From a virus (Duplodnaviria > Caudoviricetes): 52,354 nucleotides of DNA. Location of the stretch: IMG/VR virus record IMGVR_UViG_3300032322_001410, positions 1 to 52,354 of that record. One strand, written 5' to 3'. Below are positions 9,847 to 18,634 of the stretch, in pieces. The translations under genes and the position numbers were made by a program. The notes under the pieces were generated by a model that made no database searches, was not told the DNA's origin, and saw nothing but the letters and a program-made list of their open reading frames with translations. The stretch's first letter is position 1. Each line of letters begins with the position of its first letter.

Positions 9847-9859
9847 TTAAAAAGGTGAA

Positions 9860-10576
9860 TTAATTTTCAACGTATCGCCCATTTTGTCCAAGCTGTCCTT
9901 TTACACCTACAATTGGAATTTCCTTTACATGTTCTTGTGGGAGTAATAAAAACATTAGGTGTTCAATATCCATGCGCTTTTTTTCTTTAAGTCTGGCCAA
10001 AAATTCTTCAGTTGCCTTGGCATAGAAGGATTTTATTGTTTCGTGATGAGTTTTTGGCCAAGACCAAAGCCTAGACATATATTGAAATGGTACATCCATT
10101 TGTTCTCTTGGGTCGATGAATTGTGTTCTAAAACGCATTGGTACAATAATTTTATCTAAAAATCTTTCATAGATAATTGGATTAAAATTATCGTTGAGTT
10201 CATATCTACCGGAAATTTTGTGTATTCTATCAACACCTTCAAGTAAATTATTATCCTCAATCATTTTTAGTGCTGTATTAAAAGCCAACAATTCTGATAA
10301 GTTTTTAACGATATCCCAGTTCTCTGTGTTTTCTTGGATATGTTTCATTGTTTTATCCCCACTCAGATTAACTATCCAATGGGCAGAATTTTTTAATTCT
10401 GAAAATACATTATCTGGTAATGTTTCGGCAGACGATTCAACAATAATAATCGTACTGTTCGGCAGTCTACTTTTTATACTTTTAATTGTTTGTAGAGTTT
10501 GATTAAGACGTTTATCTTGCTCAAACTTTCCAAATTTGGTTACGATGGCACTGGTTATTAGGAAACAATGTTTCAC
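9860..10576 (-). CDS. hypothetical protein, possibly glycosyltransferase-like
   Basis: ITS.I...R..QT..TI.SI, IIVESS, KISGRY, DIEH motifs recurrent in phage GT-A-like proteins. Confidence 0.45.
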   Translation of the reverse strand: MKHCFLITSAIVTKFGKFEQDKRLNQTLQTIKSIKSRLPNSTIIIVESSAETLPDNVFSELKNSAHWIVNLSGDKTMKHIQENTENWDIVKNLSELLAFNTALKMIEDNNLLEGVDRIHKISGRYELNDNFNPIIYERFLDKIIVPMRFRTQFIDPREQMDVPFQYMSRLWSWPKTHHETIKSFYAKATEEFLARLKEKKRMDIEHLMFLLLPQEHVKEIPIVGVKGQLGQNGRYVEN

Positions 10577-10773
10577 TTTCGGCCTCTTTCTCTCACAGAA
10601 TCCTTTAACATACTTTTTATTATCAGAAGTACCCTATTTTTTTCTCTATCGCTAAGAATTTTTATCATCGCAAGTTTGTCATCATAACTATTTGCATTTT
10701 CTAAAAATTCTTTTGGTACTGCTAATTTTGGTTTTTTTGGTTTGTATTTTTTAAAATCGTTATTGTCGCTCAT
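10573..10773 (-). CDS. hypothetical protein
   Basis: ORF in packed operon. Confidence 0.6.
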   Translation of the reverse strand: MSDNNDFKKYKPKKPKLAVPKEFLENANSYDDKLAMIKILSDREKNRVLLIIKSMLKDSVRERGRK

Positions 10774-10969
10774 TAAAGTAAAGTTCCAATGCTTCTAATT
10801 TGTCCTGGTATTCACTAATACCAGACAACTCTTTTTCAATAGAACCTACTAAATCAGTATGATCATGAATAGCCATTGGATTGTTTAACATAATCTCAAT
10901 GTTTAATCTATGCTTTTCTATTGATGCCTCGAATTGTTTTTTAAGTGAGTTTAAGATTTCTTTCCTCAT
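10760..10969 (-). CDS. hypothetical helical-hairpin phage protein
   Basis: H..NIE..L.NP..I.DH.D....IE.EL pattern common in T4-like phages. Confidence 0.65.
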   Translation of the reverse strand: MRKEILNSLKKQFEASIEKHRLNIEIMLNNPMAIHDHTDLVGSIEKELSGISEYQDKLEALELYFNERQ

Positions 10970-10971
10970 TT

Positions 10972-11817
10972 TTAAATCTCCACGTATTTAAGTTTAAAAT
11001 CATCCGCTTTTTGTTCGTAGTTTATGTAACCACGCGGATTGCATATGATGCGGGTAGTACCGATCATATAATCAAAGTTCTCATGAGTATGACCATGAGT
11101 CCACAGTTTAATTTGTCTACGATCCAAAATAAAATCATCAAGGTTAGTACTATACGCACCATTCATAACAACTTCTTTTTTATATCGTGGATGTGTGCTA
11201 GCTTTACTTGGTGCATGATGTCCAACTACGACAACAGGTAATTTTGGATGTAATGCCAATACCTCATCTAGACCACGCTTAAAGGCACGGTGGTCTTCTA
11301 CAGCATCCTCTGGCATGAAAGTGCTATAATACTTGTCATCGGTTTTGATACCATTCTTAACACAATTAAAGTCATTCATCATGTTGCGAATGCGTAGCAT
11401 GGTGAGTGGATCCTCACCATTCATGTCAGTCCACAATGTGCCACCGTAGAACAACACACCGTTAATGATACGCCATTCTTTATCTAAGAAATAGACATTG
11501 TGGTAGTCACCGAATGTACCACGGATAATGTTAGCACTTGTTTGGAAGTCACCATGATAGTGTTCGTGATTGCCCATAATTAGTATTACGTGCGGAAATC
11601 TTTCTGCACAACGAACAACAAAGTCGTGGTAGCGTTTGCCACGTTCGCGGACACCCGATGTTGCAGACACCTCTGCATCGTAACTTAAATCGGTTAATTC
11701 ATCAGCAATAAAGATATCACCACCGAGGATAAGGACATCTGCGCCTTCTTCGTTATGAAGGTCCAAATCACCGAACTCTAAGTGTACATCACTTGTGATT
11801 GCAATTTTCATACGCAA
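10972..11817 (-). CDS. calcineurin-like metallophosphoesterase
   Basis: All five motifs intact: SDVH, GGD, GNHE, HHAP, HGHTH; C-terminal NPRGY. Confidence 0.92.
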   Translation of the reverse strand: MRMKIAITSDVHLEFGDLDLHNEEGADVLILGGDIFIADELTDLSYDAEVSATSGVRERGKRYHDFVVRCAERFPHVILIMGNHEHYHGDFQTSANIIRGTFGDYHNVYFLDKEWRIINGVLFYGGTLWTDMNGEDPLTMLRIRNMMNDFNCVKNGIKTDDKYYSTFMPEDAVEDHRAFKRGLDEVLALHPKLPVVVVGHHAPSKASTHPRYKKEVVMNGAYSTNLDDFILDRRQIKLWTHGHTHENFDYMIGTTRIICNPRGYINYEQKADDFKLKYVEI

Positions 11818-12047
11818 TAACCGCCTTTAAATTTGTATACGTTACTATCCCATCTTAGCTGTTCATATATCTCATTGTCAACACACTTGTATGGGTCTTT
11901 ATAATTCAATACAGCAAAATAACCTATTCCACCTATCGCTGCCATAAGTATGAGCCAAGGCAGCATTTTTCCAAATGCACCCAATGACTGAAATACTTGC
12001 AATACTAACGGTAGTATTTTTTGTAAATTCTCTAATAGGTTTTTCAT
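11808..12047 (-). CDS. small membrane protein
   Basis: Central TM segment. Confidence 0.6.
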   Translation of the reverse strand: MKNLLENLQKILPLVLQVFQSLGAFGKMLPWLILMAAIGGIGYFAVLNYKDPYKCVDNEIYEQLRWDSNVYKFKGGYCV

Positions 12048-12081
12048 ATTATAGCATAAAAAGATTATTTAGTACATCTTT

Positions 12082-12348
12082 TTATGACCATTTTAATAAA
12101 AACCAAGTTAAGTGTTCTTCACTAGAAAATTCTGCCTCTAACCACGCAGTGTCATATTCTCTACCTGCTGAGTCCATTTTATAGCCTGTGATTATATCTA
12201 CATTGTATTCTTGTTTCCACCACTGTGCAGGAAGGGTATTAGATTCTACCCAAGATAATAATCTCCCATTAGAATGCTTCTCCCACATCACACGGTGCGC
12301 ATTATTAAATGCTGGCTGTATATCATCTATCTTAGCTATTATTCCCAC
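12082..12348 (-). CDS. hypothetical protein
   Basis: ORF ending F..E..LTWFLLKWS, a recurrent small phage protein motif. Confidence 0.6.
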   Translation of the reverse strand: MGIIAKIDDIQPAFNNAHRVMWEKHSNGRLLSWVESNTLPAQWWKQEYNVDIITGYKMDSAGREYDTAWLEAEFSSEEHLTWFLLKWS

Positions 12349-12724
12349 TTAACTCACTCACATGTTTACAGGCTTTGCGGAACTGAAATCCAGGGCAAGT
12401 ACAATCCCAACCCTTGCTATTTTTCGTGACAATATACTTGTTACCTTTACTACCTGCAACTTCGTATACCTTAACATCCGTATCAACATCTTTCATTGAA
12501 CCACTTAGTAATTCGATATCATTTACTAAGTCCATATTGATTACACGGATTTTCATTTGATCGTCACCGGTCATACAAAACTGACGATCATTCAACCATT
12601 TGTAACTAGGAACAACGATCCCCTCAAACACGTGAATATTTGATTGAGGGGGAATCATGCGAGGGCCCTGTGAGTAACGCACAGTGACCTTTACTTTGCT
12701 ATCCTTTGTAGGAACTTGTATCAT
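12332..12724 (-). CDS. SWIM zinc-finger protein
   Basis: V.GSKG..Y.V...W.CTCPGF.FRK.CKH. Confidence 0.8.
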   Translation of the reverse strand: MIQVPTKDSKVKVTVRYSQGPRMIPPQSNIHVFEGIVVPSYKWLNDRQFCMTGDDQMKIRVINMDLVNDIELLSGSMKDVDTDVKVYEVAGSKGNKYIVTKNSKGWDCTCPGFQFRKACKHVSELSGNNS

Positions 12725-12924
12725 TTTTTAGTGACTGTAGATTTAAACAGAATACCAAACAGAATCATCAGACCCCATGCTTGTAGCAAACCAATTTCTT
12801 TAATACCGTCAACTGCTGGAACTAGACAACCATTCCAAAGCAACATGACTGGGTAACTAAACAATAGACCTAGTACAACAACGATACCGACAATCATAAA
12901 AAGTGCTTCAAAAACATCTTTCAT
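12721..12924 (-). CDS. small membrane protein
   Basis: Two TM segments, LWN...P...I...QA.G motif. Confidence 0.7.
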   Translation of the reverse strand: MKDVFEALFMIVGIVVVLGLLFSYPVMLLWNGCLVPAVDGIKEIGLLQAWGLMILFGILFKSTVTKK

Positions 12925-13131
12925 AATTTATGATCCTAACTTATAATTTTATAGTACGAATTCTAAAATCATTCTCGGTCAAACCATTTAATGTGCCGTT
13001 GATACCACCTTGGCTTTGTTTAATTTGTTGCACTCGGTATGAGTTGGCCGTATTTAAATCAGAAAACGGAGACAATGGTTCCCACTTATTATCACCGTAT
13101 CTATATTCAACCATGAATACTGTATTATTCA

Positions 13132-13362
13132 TTATACTTTGTCCAGTTGAATTTGAAGACCTTCCCAAGTGCCTGCGATACCAACCGCTGCAATATTGTC
13201 ACTGCGGCTGAACTCTAGTGCATCAAGTGCCTTTTGTGTAGCAGCATTGAACGTGATAAACTGTCCAACACCCTCACGAATTTGTTTAGCAGTAGCATAG
13301 AAACATGCATTGCCGTTAATAATACGAAACTTTTGTGATTGTTTGAATCGTTTGATAACCAT
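13132..13362 (-). CDS. hypothetical protein
   Basis: TAATG-coupled ORF with AAGGAG SD. Confidence 0.7.
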   Translation of the reverse strand: MVIKRFKQSQKFRIINGNACFYATAKQIREGVGQFITFNAATQKALDALEFSRSDNIAAVGIAGTWEGLQIQLDKV

Positions 13363-13637
13363 TATGCAATCTCCTTACCGTCGGAAGTTACAAGAACCAT
13401 TTCTTCGTTTTCACGTTTTTGCATCATTTCGCTAAGAATAAACTTTGCAATATTAATATTCTTGCGAGCCTGATCAGTAGCCTGCGCATGTCCAAAAGAC
13501 ATAAGTTCCTGTGCATCACTCAAAACACTCATTGCAACCATTTCTAGACCCGACAGTCGGGCAGTGATGGATTGCATGTATTGGTCACGAATATCTTGTG
13601 CAGACATACCATAGCAGTTTTTTTCAAATTCAGTCAT
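13362..13637 (-). CDS. hypothetical early protein (start MTEFEKN)
   Basis: AAGGAG SD before ATG 13637; the ORF-track extension to 13700 runs through the promoter. Confidence 0.75.
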   Translation of the reverse strand: MTEFEKNCYGMSAQDIRDQYMQSITARLSGLEMVAMSVLSDAQELMSFGHAQATDQARKNINIAKFILSEMMQKRENEEMVLVTSDGKEIA

Positions 13638-13667
13638 TTGCTTCTCCTTATCAATCACTATACCGAT

Positions 13668-13696
13668 ATTATATAACCAATTGGATTTATTGTCAA
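13668..13696 (-). promoter_or_regulatory. consensus early sigma70 promoter (repeat copy 1)
   Basis: TTGACA-ATAAATCCAATTGGTTA-TATAAT, 17-nt spacer. Confidence 0.9.
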
Positions 13697-13712
13697 CCAA
13701 AATCGTAAAAAT

Positions 13713-13943
13713 TTATGTTAACAATTTGATAAGTAAACCTATTGTATAAATTGCAAGTAATGTTGCATTAATGACAATAAGACTCCATTCACGCCATGCA
13801 ATTGACACGATTAACCATAGTAATGCACCAAAATTTAATAGTGCAGGACCTAGTGGGTACAGATTGATGCTTGTGCAAACAGCCCCGACAATTGTTACAA
13901 AAGTTGCAACCCATTTGAGATAAAATACGAACTTTTCTTTCAT
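13713..13943 (-). CDS. small multi-TM membrane protein, probably leaderless
   Basis: KW.AT...GA...S...YP pattern, three TM segments; ATG 6 nt after a -10 box. Confidence 0.75.
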   Translation of the reverse strand: MKEKFVFYLKWVATFVTIVGAVCTSINLYPLGPALLNFGALLWLIVSIAWREWSLIVINATLLAIYTIGLLIKLLT

Positions 13944-13949
13944 GTCCGT

Positions 13950-13978
13950 ATTCTATCAAAGTTTGGATTTATTGTCAA
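13950..13978 (-). promoter_or_regulatory. consensus early sigma70 promoter (repeat copy 2)
   Basis: TTGACA-ATAAATCCAAACTTTGA-TAGAAT; the -35 box contains the clpP TGA stop. Confidence 0.85.
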
Positions 13979-14568
13979 CCTTTTCTCTTTTTGACAACTT
14001 CATCAGCAAGCCCATAATCTACAGCCTCTTGGGCGCTCATAAAAAAGTCACGTTCCATATCTCGCTGTAGTTCGACAAAGGTCTTGCCTTTGCTATTATG
14101 ATTTACGTATATTTCAGTTAAGCTTCTTTTCATAGCCAAAATTTCTTTGACTTGAATTTCCATATCAGTCGCCTGACCACGTGCGCCACCGCTTGGTTGG
14201 TGAATCATGTGTCTTGCATTTGTAAGAATATAGCGTTTACCAATAGCTCCTGCATTTGCTAGTAGGCTTCCCATTGAGCAAGCTTGTCCCATAACGATTG
14301 TAGAAACGTCAGGCTTTACAAATTGCATTGCATCGTAAATAGCCATACCTGCTGTTACACTACCGCCGGGACTGTTGATGTACAATTGGATATCTTTCGT
14401 ATCGTCCTCACTTTCTAAAAACAAGAGTTGGGCTACGATAAGATTTGCCATGTGGTCATGAACTTCACCTTCTAGTAAGATAACACGGTCACGCAATAGG
14501 CGACTGTAGATATCATAACTACGTTCACCTTTGCTGGTTTGTTCAATAACGATTGGTACTAAAGACAT
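13975..14568 (-). CDS. clpP: ATP-dependent Clp protease proteolytic subunit
   Basis: [33 protein letters not shown] (catalytic Ser), MIHQP (His), ERD (Asp). Confidence 0.97.
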   Translation of the reverse strand: MSLVPIVIEQTSKGERSYDIYSRLLRDRVILLEGEVHDHMANLIVAQLLFLESEDDTKDIQLYINSPGGSVTAGMAIYDAMQFVKPDVSTIVMGQACSMGSLLANAGAIGKRYILTNARHMIHQPSGGARGQATDMEIQVKEILAMKRSLTEIYVNHNSKGKTFVELQRDMERDFFMSAQEAVDYGLADEVVKKRKG

Positions 14569-14632
14569 ATTATTCCTTTAAGTTAAATGAATACATTATA
14601 ACAAAAAGAAAATAATTTTTATATGATTTTGG

Positions 14633-16135
14633 TTATTTACGTTTTTCTCTACCTAAGCCAATAGTTTGTTCAGGTTCAGCCTTACGTTTTGGTTCTGTGA
14701 TATCTTTTGCTATATCTTTTAATTCAGGTTCGGGCATAGCGTCATCATCGTCTACTCTAGGTTCATCAGGCTCACTACTTACGTCATCATCGGTTCTACC
14801 CAATTTAAAACTAAATCCGCCGGCGGTTGGCTCACTTGCACTGGATTTGTTCTCTATTGATATATCACCGTCTAGTTTTGCAGGCCATTGTGTGGCAAAA
14901 GTCAACTCTCCGTTAGAGTAATCGGTATACTGTTGTATAAAATTCATTTCTAAAATTTGCAATACTGCTGCACTAAATCCAGGTATAGCATCTCGTTTGT
15001 TTACGGCTTCTGCTACTTCTTTTTTAATTCCATAAATTAATTTGCCACCATCAGTGACTTTACCTTTCGCCTGAATGTCTTGTACAGGAGTAAGATATTG
15101 TTTTGGTAATGGAGTTTTGTTTTTGTAACTATCAATAGCCATACTCATTAGTTTTGGTGATTTAGAACTAAATGGTAAAAACTTACGCCATTTTTGACTG
15201 ATACTATCAGGATAGTTTTCGTAAATAAAATCAATGGCTTTAAATGCTGAAGTAATAGTATTAGGCCCTGACTTATCACTTTCTTGGCAAATTTCGATAA
15301 ATCGTATTGCCTTTGCTAAACCCGGACTACGCTTTAAATCAGGTGGAATTTTAAGACCAGATATTGCAGGTGCTGCTCCTCCACCGGTGCCCTTACTACT
15401 GATATTAATTTTATGATTGCTATTTGGATTTTTTATTTCTGCAAAACTGTCCGCTAAATTTGTGTTCGCCTTGCTAGGAAAATTTAACATCAAATCATCA
15501 ATACTACCGCCTAACCACTGTTCAAATTTTTCTCGTTTAGGGAAACGTGTACGACGATATAATAATGCTAGAACACCTAAATATTCTCCTGCGTAATCAA
15601 CAATTGCTTTACGAACTTTTTCTTTTTTGGCAAACTCGTCAGATAGAACAACTGCTTCCCCTGAAACAATATATTTGGCTAAATTTATAATTTCTTTACC
15701 ATAGTCTGTTTGATTTAGTACAGGATTATTTGCGATAACTTCGTAAAAATCATGTGCAGGCATATCCTTATCTGTTATTCCAATTTGACTAGGTTTTACT
15801 AACATAGCCTCTTTTGTTTCAGCCTTTTCTCCTGCAGCAGGTTGCTGACCACCAAACTCGGACGTTTTTCTTAATGCGCTTAGAGGCACTTCTTGGTCAT
15901 CAATTGTTCGGGCTTTTAAATTGCCCTTAAACATGTCAGACTTATATAAATTCATAAATCTATTTGCTTCTCTAGGATCAATTACAACTTCTTCTCCTTC
16001 TAAGTTTGTAAATGGACTTCTAGATTTAATTTTGTTTATAAAGGTTGAAAAACGTTCCTCACGTTTTAATATTTCACCGGCACTTAGGGAAACGCCCTCA
16101 GTTAGATTGTCAAGAATTGTTAGTAAATCACGCAT
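14633..16135 (-). CDS. large hypothetical protein, possibly virion-internal, weak PD-(D/E)XK-like motif
   Basis: 500-aa ORF; TAAATA 6 nt before ATG; GE..G, LADS, ISSK arrangement. Confidence 0.6.
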   Translation of the reverse strand: MRDLLTILDNLTEGVSLSAGEILKREERFSTFINKIKSRSPFTNLEGEEVVIDPREANRFMNLYKSDMFKGNLKARTIDDQEVPLSALRKTSEFGGQQPAAGEKAETKEAMLVKPSQIGITDKDMPAHDFYEVIANNPVLNQTDYGKEIINLAKYIVSGEAVVLSDEFAKKEKVRKAIVDYAGEYLGVLALLYRRTRFPKREKFEQWLGGSIDDLMLNFPSKANTNLADSFAEIKNPNSNHKINISSKGTGGGAAPAISGLKIPPDLKRSPGLAKAIRFIEICQESDKSGPNTITSAFKAIDFIYENYPDSISQKWRKFLPFSSKSPKLMSMAIDSYKNKTPLPKQYLTPVQDIQAKGKVTDGGKLIYGIKKEVAEAVNKRDAIPGFSAAVLQILEMNFIQQYTDYSNGELTFATQWPAKLDGDISIENKSSASEPTAGGFSFKLGRTDDDVSSEPDEPRVDDDDAMPEPELKDIAKDITEPKRKAEPEQTIGLGREKRK

Positions 16136-16144
16136 AATATGTAT

Positions 16145-16639
16145 TTAGCATTTAAACATGTCTTGATACTTGAACCATTTTTTGATATTGTGATAGGTTT
16201 TAAGTGGGATACCATGTTTATATAATTTTTCTTTGAATCTGAAAAAAGTCGGACCATGGCTCATTAAGCCTGATTTTCCGTGTTTTTTTCTTATTTTAGT
16301 CTCTATGTCCCACTGATGTTGATGCGCCATTTCATGAGCCAAAATTGTGACTAACCATTGGGGACAGTAAAACTTATCCATTAATTCTATTGAACAATAA
16401 CTTCCGGACGGATGAACATCCCATGAACCCACGCACATCCCCCAATATCTCTTTCTATAGGGTTTTATGATTATTTCAGGAACTTCTAATTGATTGCGAA
16501 AAACAGACTCATTGAGTAATTCATATACGTGCAGAACGTCTTGGTAAACAGGCCTGTACATTAACTTTTTCTGATAAGTTAACTTGGGCAGAGGAAGATG
16601 CATTATGTCCTCTAAAGAATACTGTTCCAAATAAGACAT
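16145..16639 (-). CDS. SprT-like zinc metalloprotease
   Basis: Y..LN...F...L, LAHEMAHQ (HExxH), SHGP.F; start at MSYLEQ 5 nt after TAAATA. Confidence 0.85.
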   Translation of the reverse strand: MSYLEQYSLEDIMHLPLPKLTYQKKLMYRPVYQDVLHVYELLNESVFRNQLEVPEIIIKPYRKRYWGMCVGSWDVHPSGSYCSIELMDKFYCPQWLVTILAHEMAHQHQWDIETKIRKKHGKSGLMSHGPTFFRFKEKLYKHGIPLKTYHNIKKWFKYQDMFKC

Positions 16640-16689
16640 ACAAATATTTAGTAAAAAATTGACTTTCACCCGTTTGTTGTCTAAATACA

Positions 16690-17025
16690 ATGAAGGAGAC
16701 TTTTATGTTAAATTTTATCAGAAAAATATTCGGCTTACAAACTAGACCAGATGTACACCCATTGGACGGGGCAACTAGACAAGCACAAGAAGCACCATAT
16801 AAGCTAGAACCTCAACTACAGCCCGTTGAACCTAAACTACAGCCCGTTGAGCCTAGTACACCAATCCAACCCGTAATTTCTAATGTTCTTGATGTTAACA
16901 AAGACGGCAAAGTAGATGTTGAAGATGTTAAGGAAGCTGTCAAGAAAACCAAGAAAAAAGCAAAAGAAGTTACTGATGAGGTTATAGAAAAGGTTAAAAA
17001 ACCTAAAGCAAAGAAAAAACTATAA
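16690..17025 (+). CDS. hypothetical protein with EF-hand-like motif and Lys-rich tail
   Basis: DVNKDGKVDVED Dx[DN]xDG loop; true start may be ATG 16705 after AAGGAG. Confidence 0.7.
   Translation: MKETFMLNFIRKIFGLQTRPDVHPLDGATRQAQEAPYKLEPQLQPVEPKLQPVEPSTPIQPVISNVLDVNKDGKVDVEDVKEAVKKTKKKAKEVTDEVIEKVKKPKAKKKL
16807..16848 (+). repeat. 21-bp in-frame tandem duplication (EP[Q/K]LQPV x2)
   Basis: gaacctcaactacagcccgtt / gaacctaaactacagcccgtt, one mismatch. Confidence 0.9.
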
Positions 17026-17065
17026 TATACATATAGGATCCAAAACCTACAATTATAAATACAAT

Positions 17066-17761
17066 ATGATTTTTGGATTTGATGTAATAAGTGATTTAAA
17101 TTTGGGTCCCGGTGAAGATTTTGATTGGACTGGGCAACCCACCAGCTTGTTCTGTATCATTCCCGGAAACATATCTAGTGATTTAAAAGTAATATATAAA
17201 ACACTACGTCACCTAAGTACTCTATACCACGGTGTTTTTTACATAGATGGCTCGATTGAAAACGATGACATTTATGGAAGAGATATACGTGTTAAGGAAC
17301 TTCAGAAAATTTGTACCAGCTTTAAGAATGTAATCTATCTACACAACAATGTAGTAGTAGTTGACGGGGTAGGATTAGTTGGAATAAATGGTTGGTACAA
17401 TAATTACAACAACAATAGCATTGTAGATGATTTCCATGCTAAGTGTTTTCGCTATAGCGACATTGAATACTTAGAAAAAACTATTGAAAAACTACAACTA
17501 CATCAAGATGTTAAAGCCATTATAATTGTAAGTAACTGTGTTCCCTTTAGAGAATTGTACTTCGGAGAATGTGACATGGGAGATGAAGATGTTAACCCTG
17601 GTTACGTATTGTATAAAGACACCGAACACAAAGTTAAAAAGTGGGTCTACGGAACTTATGATAAAATCGTAGACACCACCGTTAACGGCATTAATTACAT
17701 TAACAATAGTAAGTTCAACAAAAGTCCTTACTTTGCTAAAAGAATTGAAATTACCATTTAA
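17066..17761 (+). CDS. metallophosphoesterase-fold protein with degenerate active site
   Basis: Colinear with 10972..11817 but SDLN, PGN, DGSIE, SNCVP, YGTYD replace the metal motifs; TATAAATA at 17054-17061. Confidence 0.7.
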   Translation: MIFGFDVISDLNLGPGEDFDWTGQPTSLFCIIPGNISSDLKVIYKTLRHLSTLYHGVFYIDGSIENDDIYGRDIRVKELQKICTSFKNVIYLHNNVVVVDGVGLVGINGWYNNYNNNSIVDDFHAKCFRYSDIEYLEKTIEKLQLHQDVKAIIIVSNCVPFRELYFGECDMGDEDVNPGYVLYKDTEHKVKKWVYGTYDKIVDTTVNGINYINNSKFNKSPYFAKRIEITI

Positions 17762-18063
17762 GAATCAGATTCTATTTTAACCTGCAAAGGAAATCCCTCG
17801 TTCCTAGCTTCTAAGGTTACCTCTATTCCCTTTTGTTCTGCAATTTCATATGGAAGCACTGCAACAACTGCACTACCAGATTGATGTATACCTGTTGTTA
17901 TAATTTCTGCGGTATCTGAAGTATAACTAAAATGATCTATTAAGCTTCTAACAACAAAGTCAACTGTAGTATGATTGTCATTAATATAAATTACCTTAAA
18001 CATCGGTGGTTCAGGAATTTTAGTGTTTGGTTTAATTTTTACTCTTGATTCAGGTTGTGACAT
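17758..18063 (-). CDS. clpS: N-degron adaptor ClpS
   Basis: PPMFKVIYINDNHTTVDFVV, IHQSGSAVV...YEIAE.K, GFPL. Confidence 0.92.
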   Translation of the reverse strand: MSQPESRVKIKPNTKIPEPPMFKVIYINDNHTTVDFVVRSLIDHFSYTSDTAEIITTGIHQSGSAVVAVLPYEIAEQKGIEVTLEARNEGFPLQVKIESDS

Positions 18064-18080
18064 TTTTTACCCTTTTGTTG

Positions 18081-18106
18081 AAAGAGAGTAGTTACCTACT
18101 CTCTTT
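18081..18106 (-). terminator. stem-loop with GTAA tetraloop between hsp20 and clpS
   Basis: 11-bp perfect inverted repeat AAAGAGAGTAG/CTACTCTCTTT. Confidence 0.65.
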
Positions 18107-18128
18107 ATATTTAAGAAACTACATTCTA

Positions 18129-18569
18129 TTATTTATTGTAGTTAATTGCAATCTGCTTGGGTTTCTTTTCTTCGGGTACTCTGCGTTCCAAATAGATTGT
18201 AAGAACACCATTGGCAACACTCGCATCCATTACCTCAACAAATTCATTTAATGGAAACTTAAGTGTAAAATTACGACGACTTAAACCACGATGTAGGTAT
18301 TCCCAGTTGTCTGGATCGGTGCGCTGATTCTCACCTGCAATAGTCAATGTTCTATTGTTTAGTGTAATAGAAAGTTCACCTTCATGAAACCCTGCCACAG
18401 CAATTTCTAAAGTAACAGTTTCATCTCCTGTTCTTATAACATTGTGCGGGGGATAATTTCCAGTATTGGCATTTAAACGCATCAATTCATCGAATAATGT
18501 ATCAAACCCGATACCGAATCTACGAATTGTAGGTATATCAATGGAACGTAATGTTAATTCTCTTGTCAT
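18129..18569 (-). CDS. small heat shock protein, Hsp20/IbpA family
   Basis: IGFD, NYPPHN, LEIAVAGF, YLHRGL..R.F, NG.L.I.L; SD AAGGAG before ATG 18569. Confidence 0.93.
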   Translation of the reverse strand: MTRELTLRSIDIPTIRRFGIGFDTLFDELMRLNANTGNYPPHNVIRTGDETVTLEIAVAGFHEGELSITLNNRTLTIAGENQRTDPDNWEYLHRGLSRRNFTLKFPLNEFVEVMDASVANGVLTIYLERRVPEEKKPKQIAINYNK

Positions 18570-18630
18570 TTTTATCTCCTTTAATAAGCAAGAATATGTC
18601 GGGCCTACACCGTGTAGCACCCGACGTTAC
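18570..18630 (-). promoter_or_regulatory. ROSE-like RNA thermometer in the hsp20 leader
   Basis: UCUU(G)CUU-AUUA-AAGGAGA hairpin with bulged G over the SD, preceded by a GUCGGG/CCCGAC hairpin. Confidence 0.7.
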
Positions 18631-18634
18631 AAAA

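Noticed and set aside
13638-13700. Shared N-terminus MVDNKS..YNIGIV in ORFs 13362..13700 and 30861..31241
   Set aside because: It is the translated promoter repeat; the real starts follow the SD downstream.
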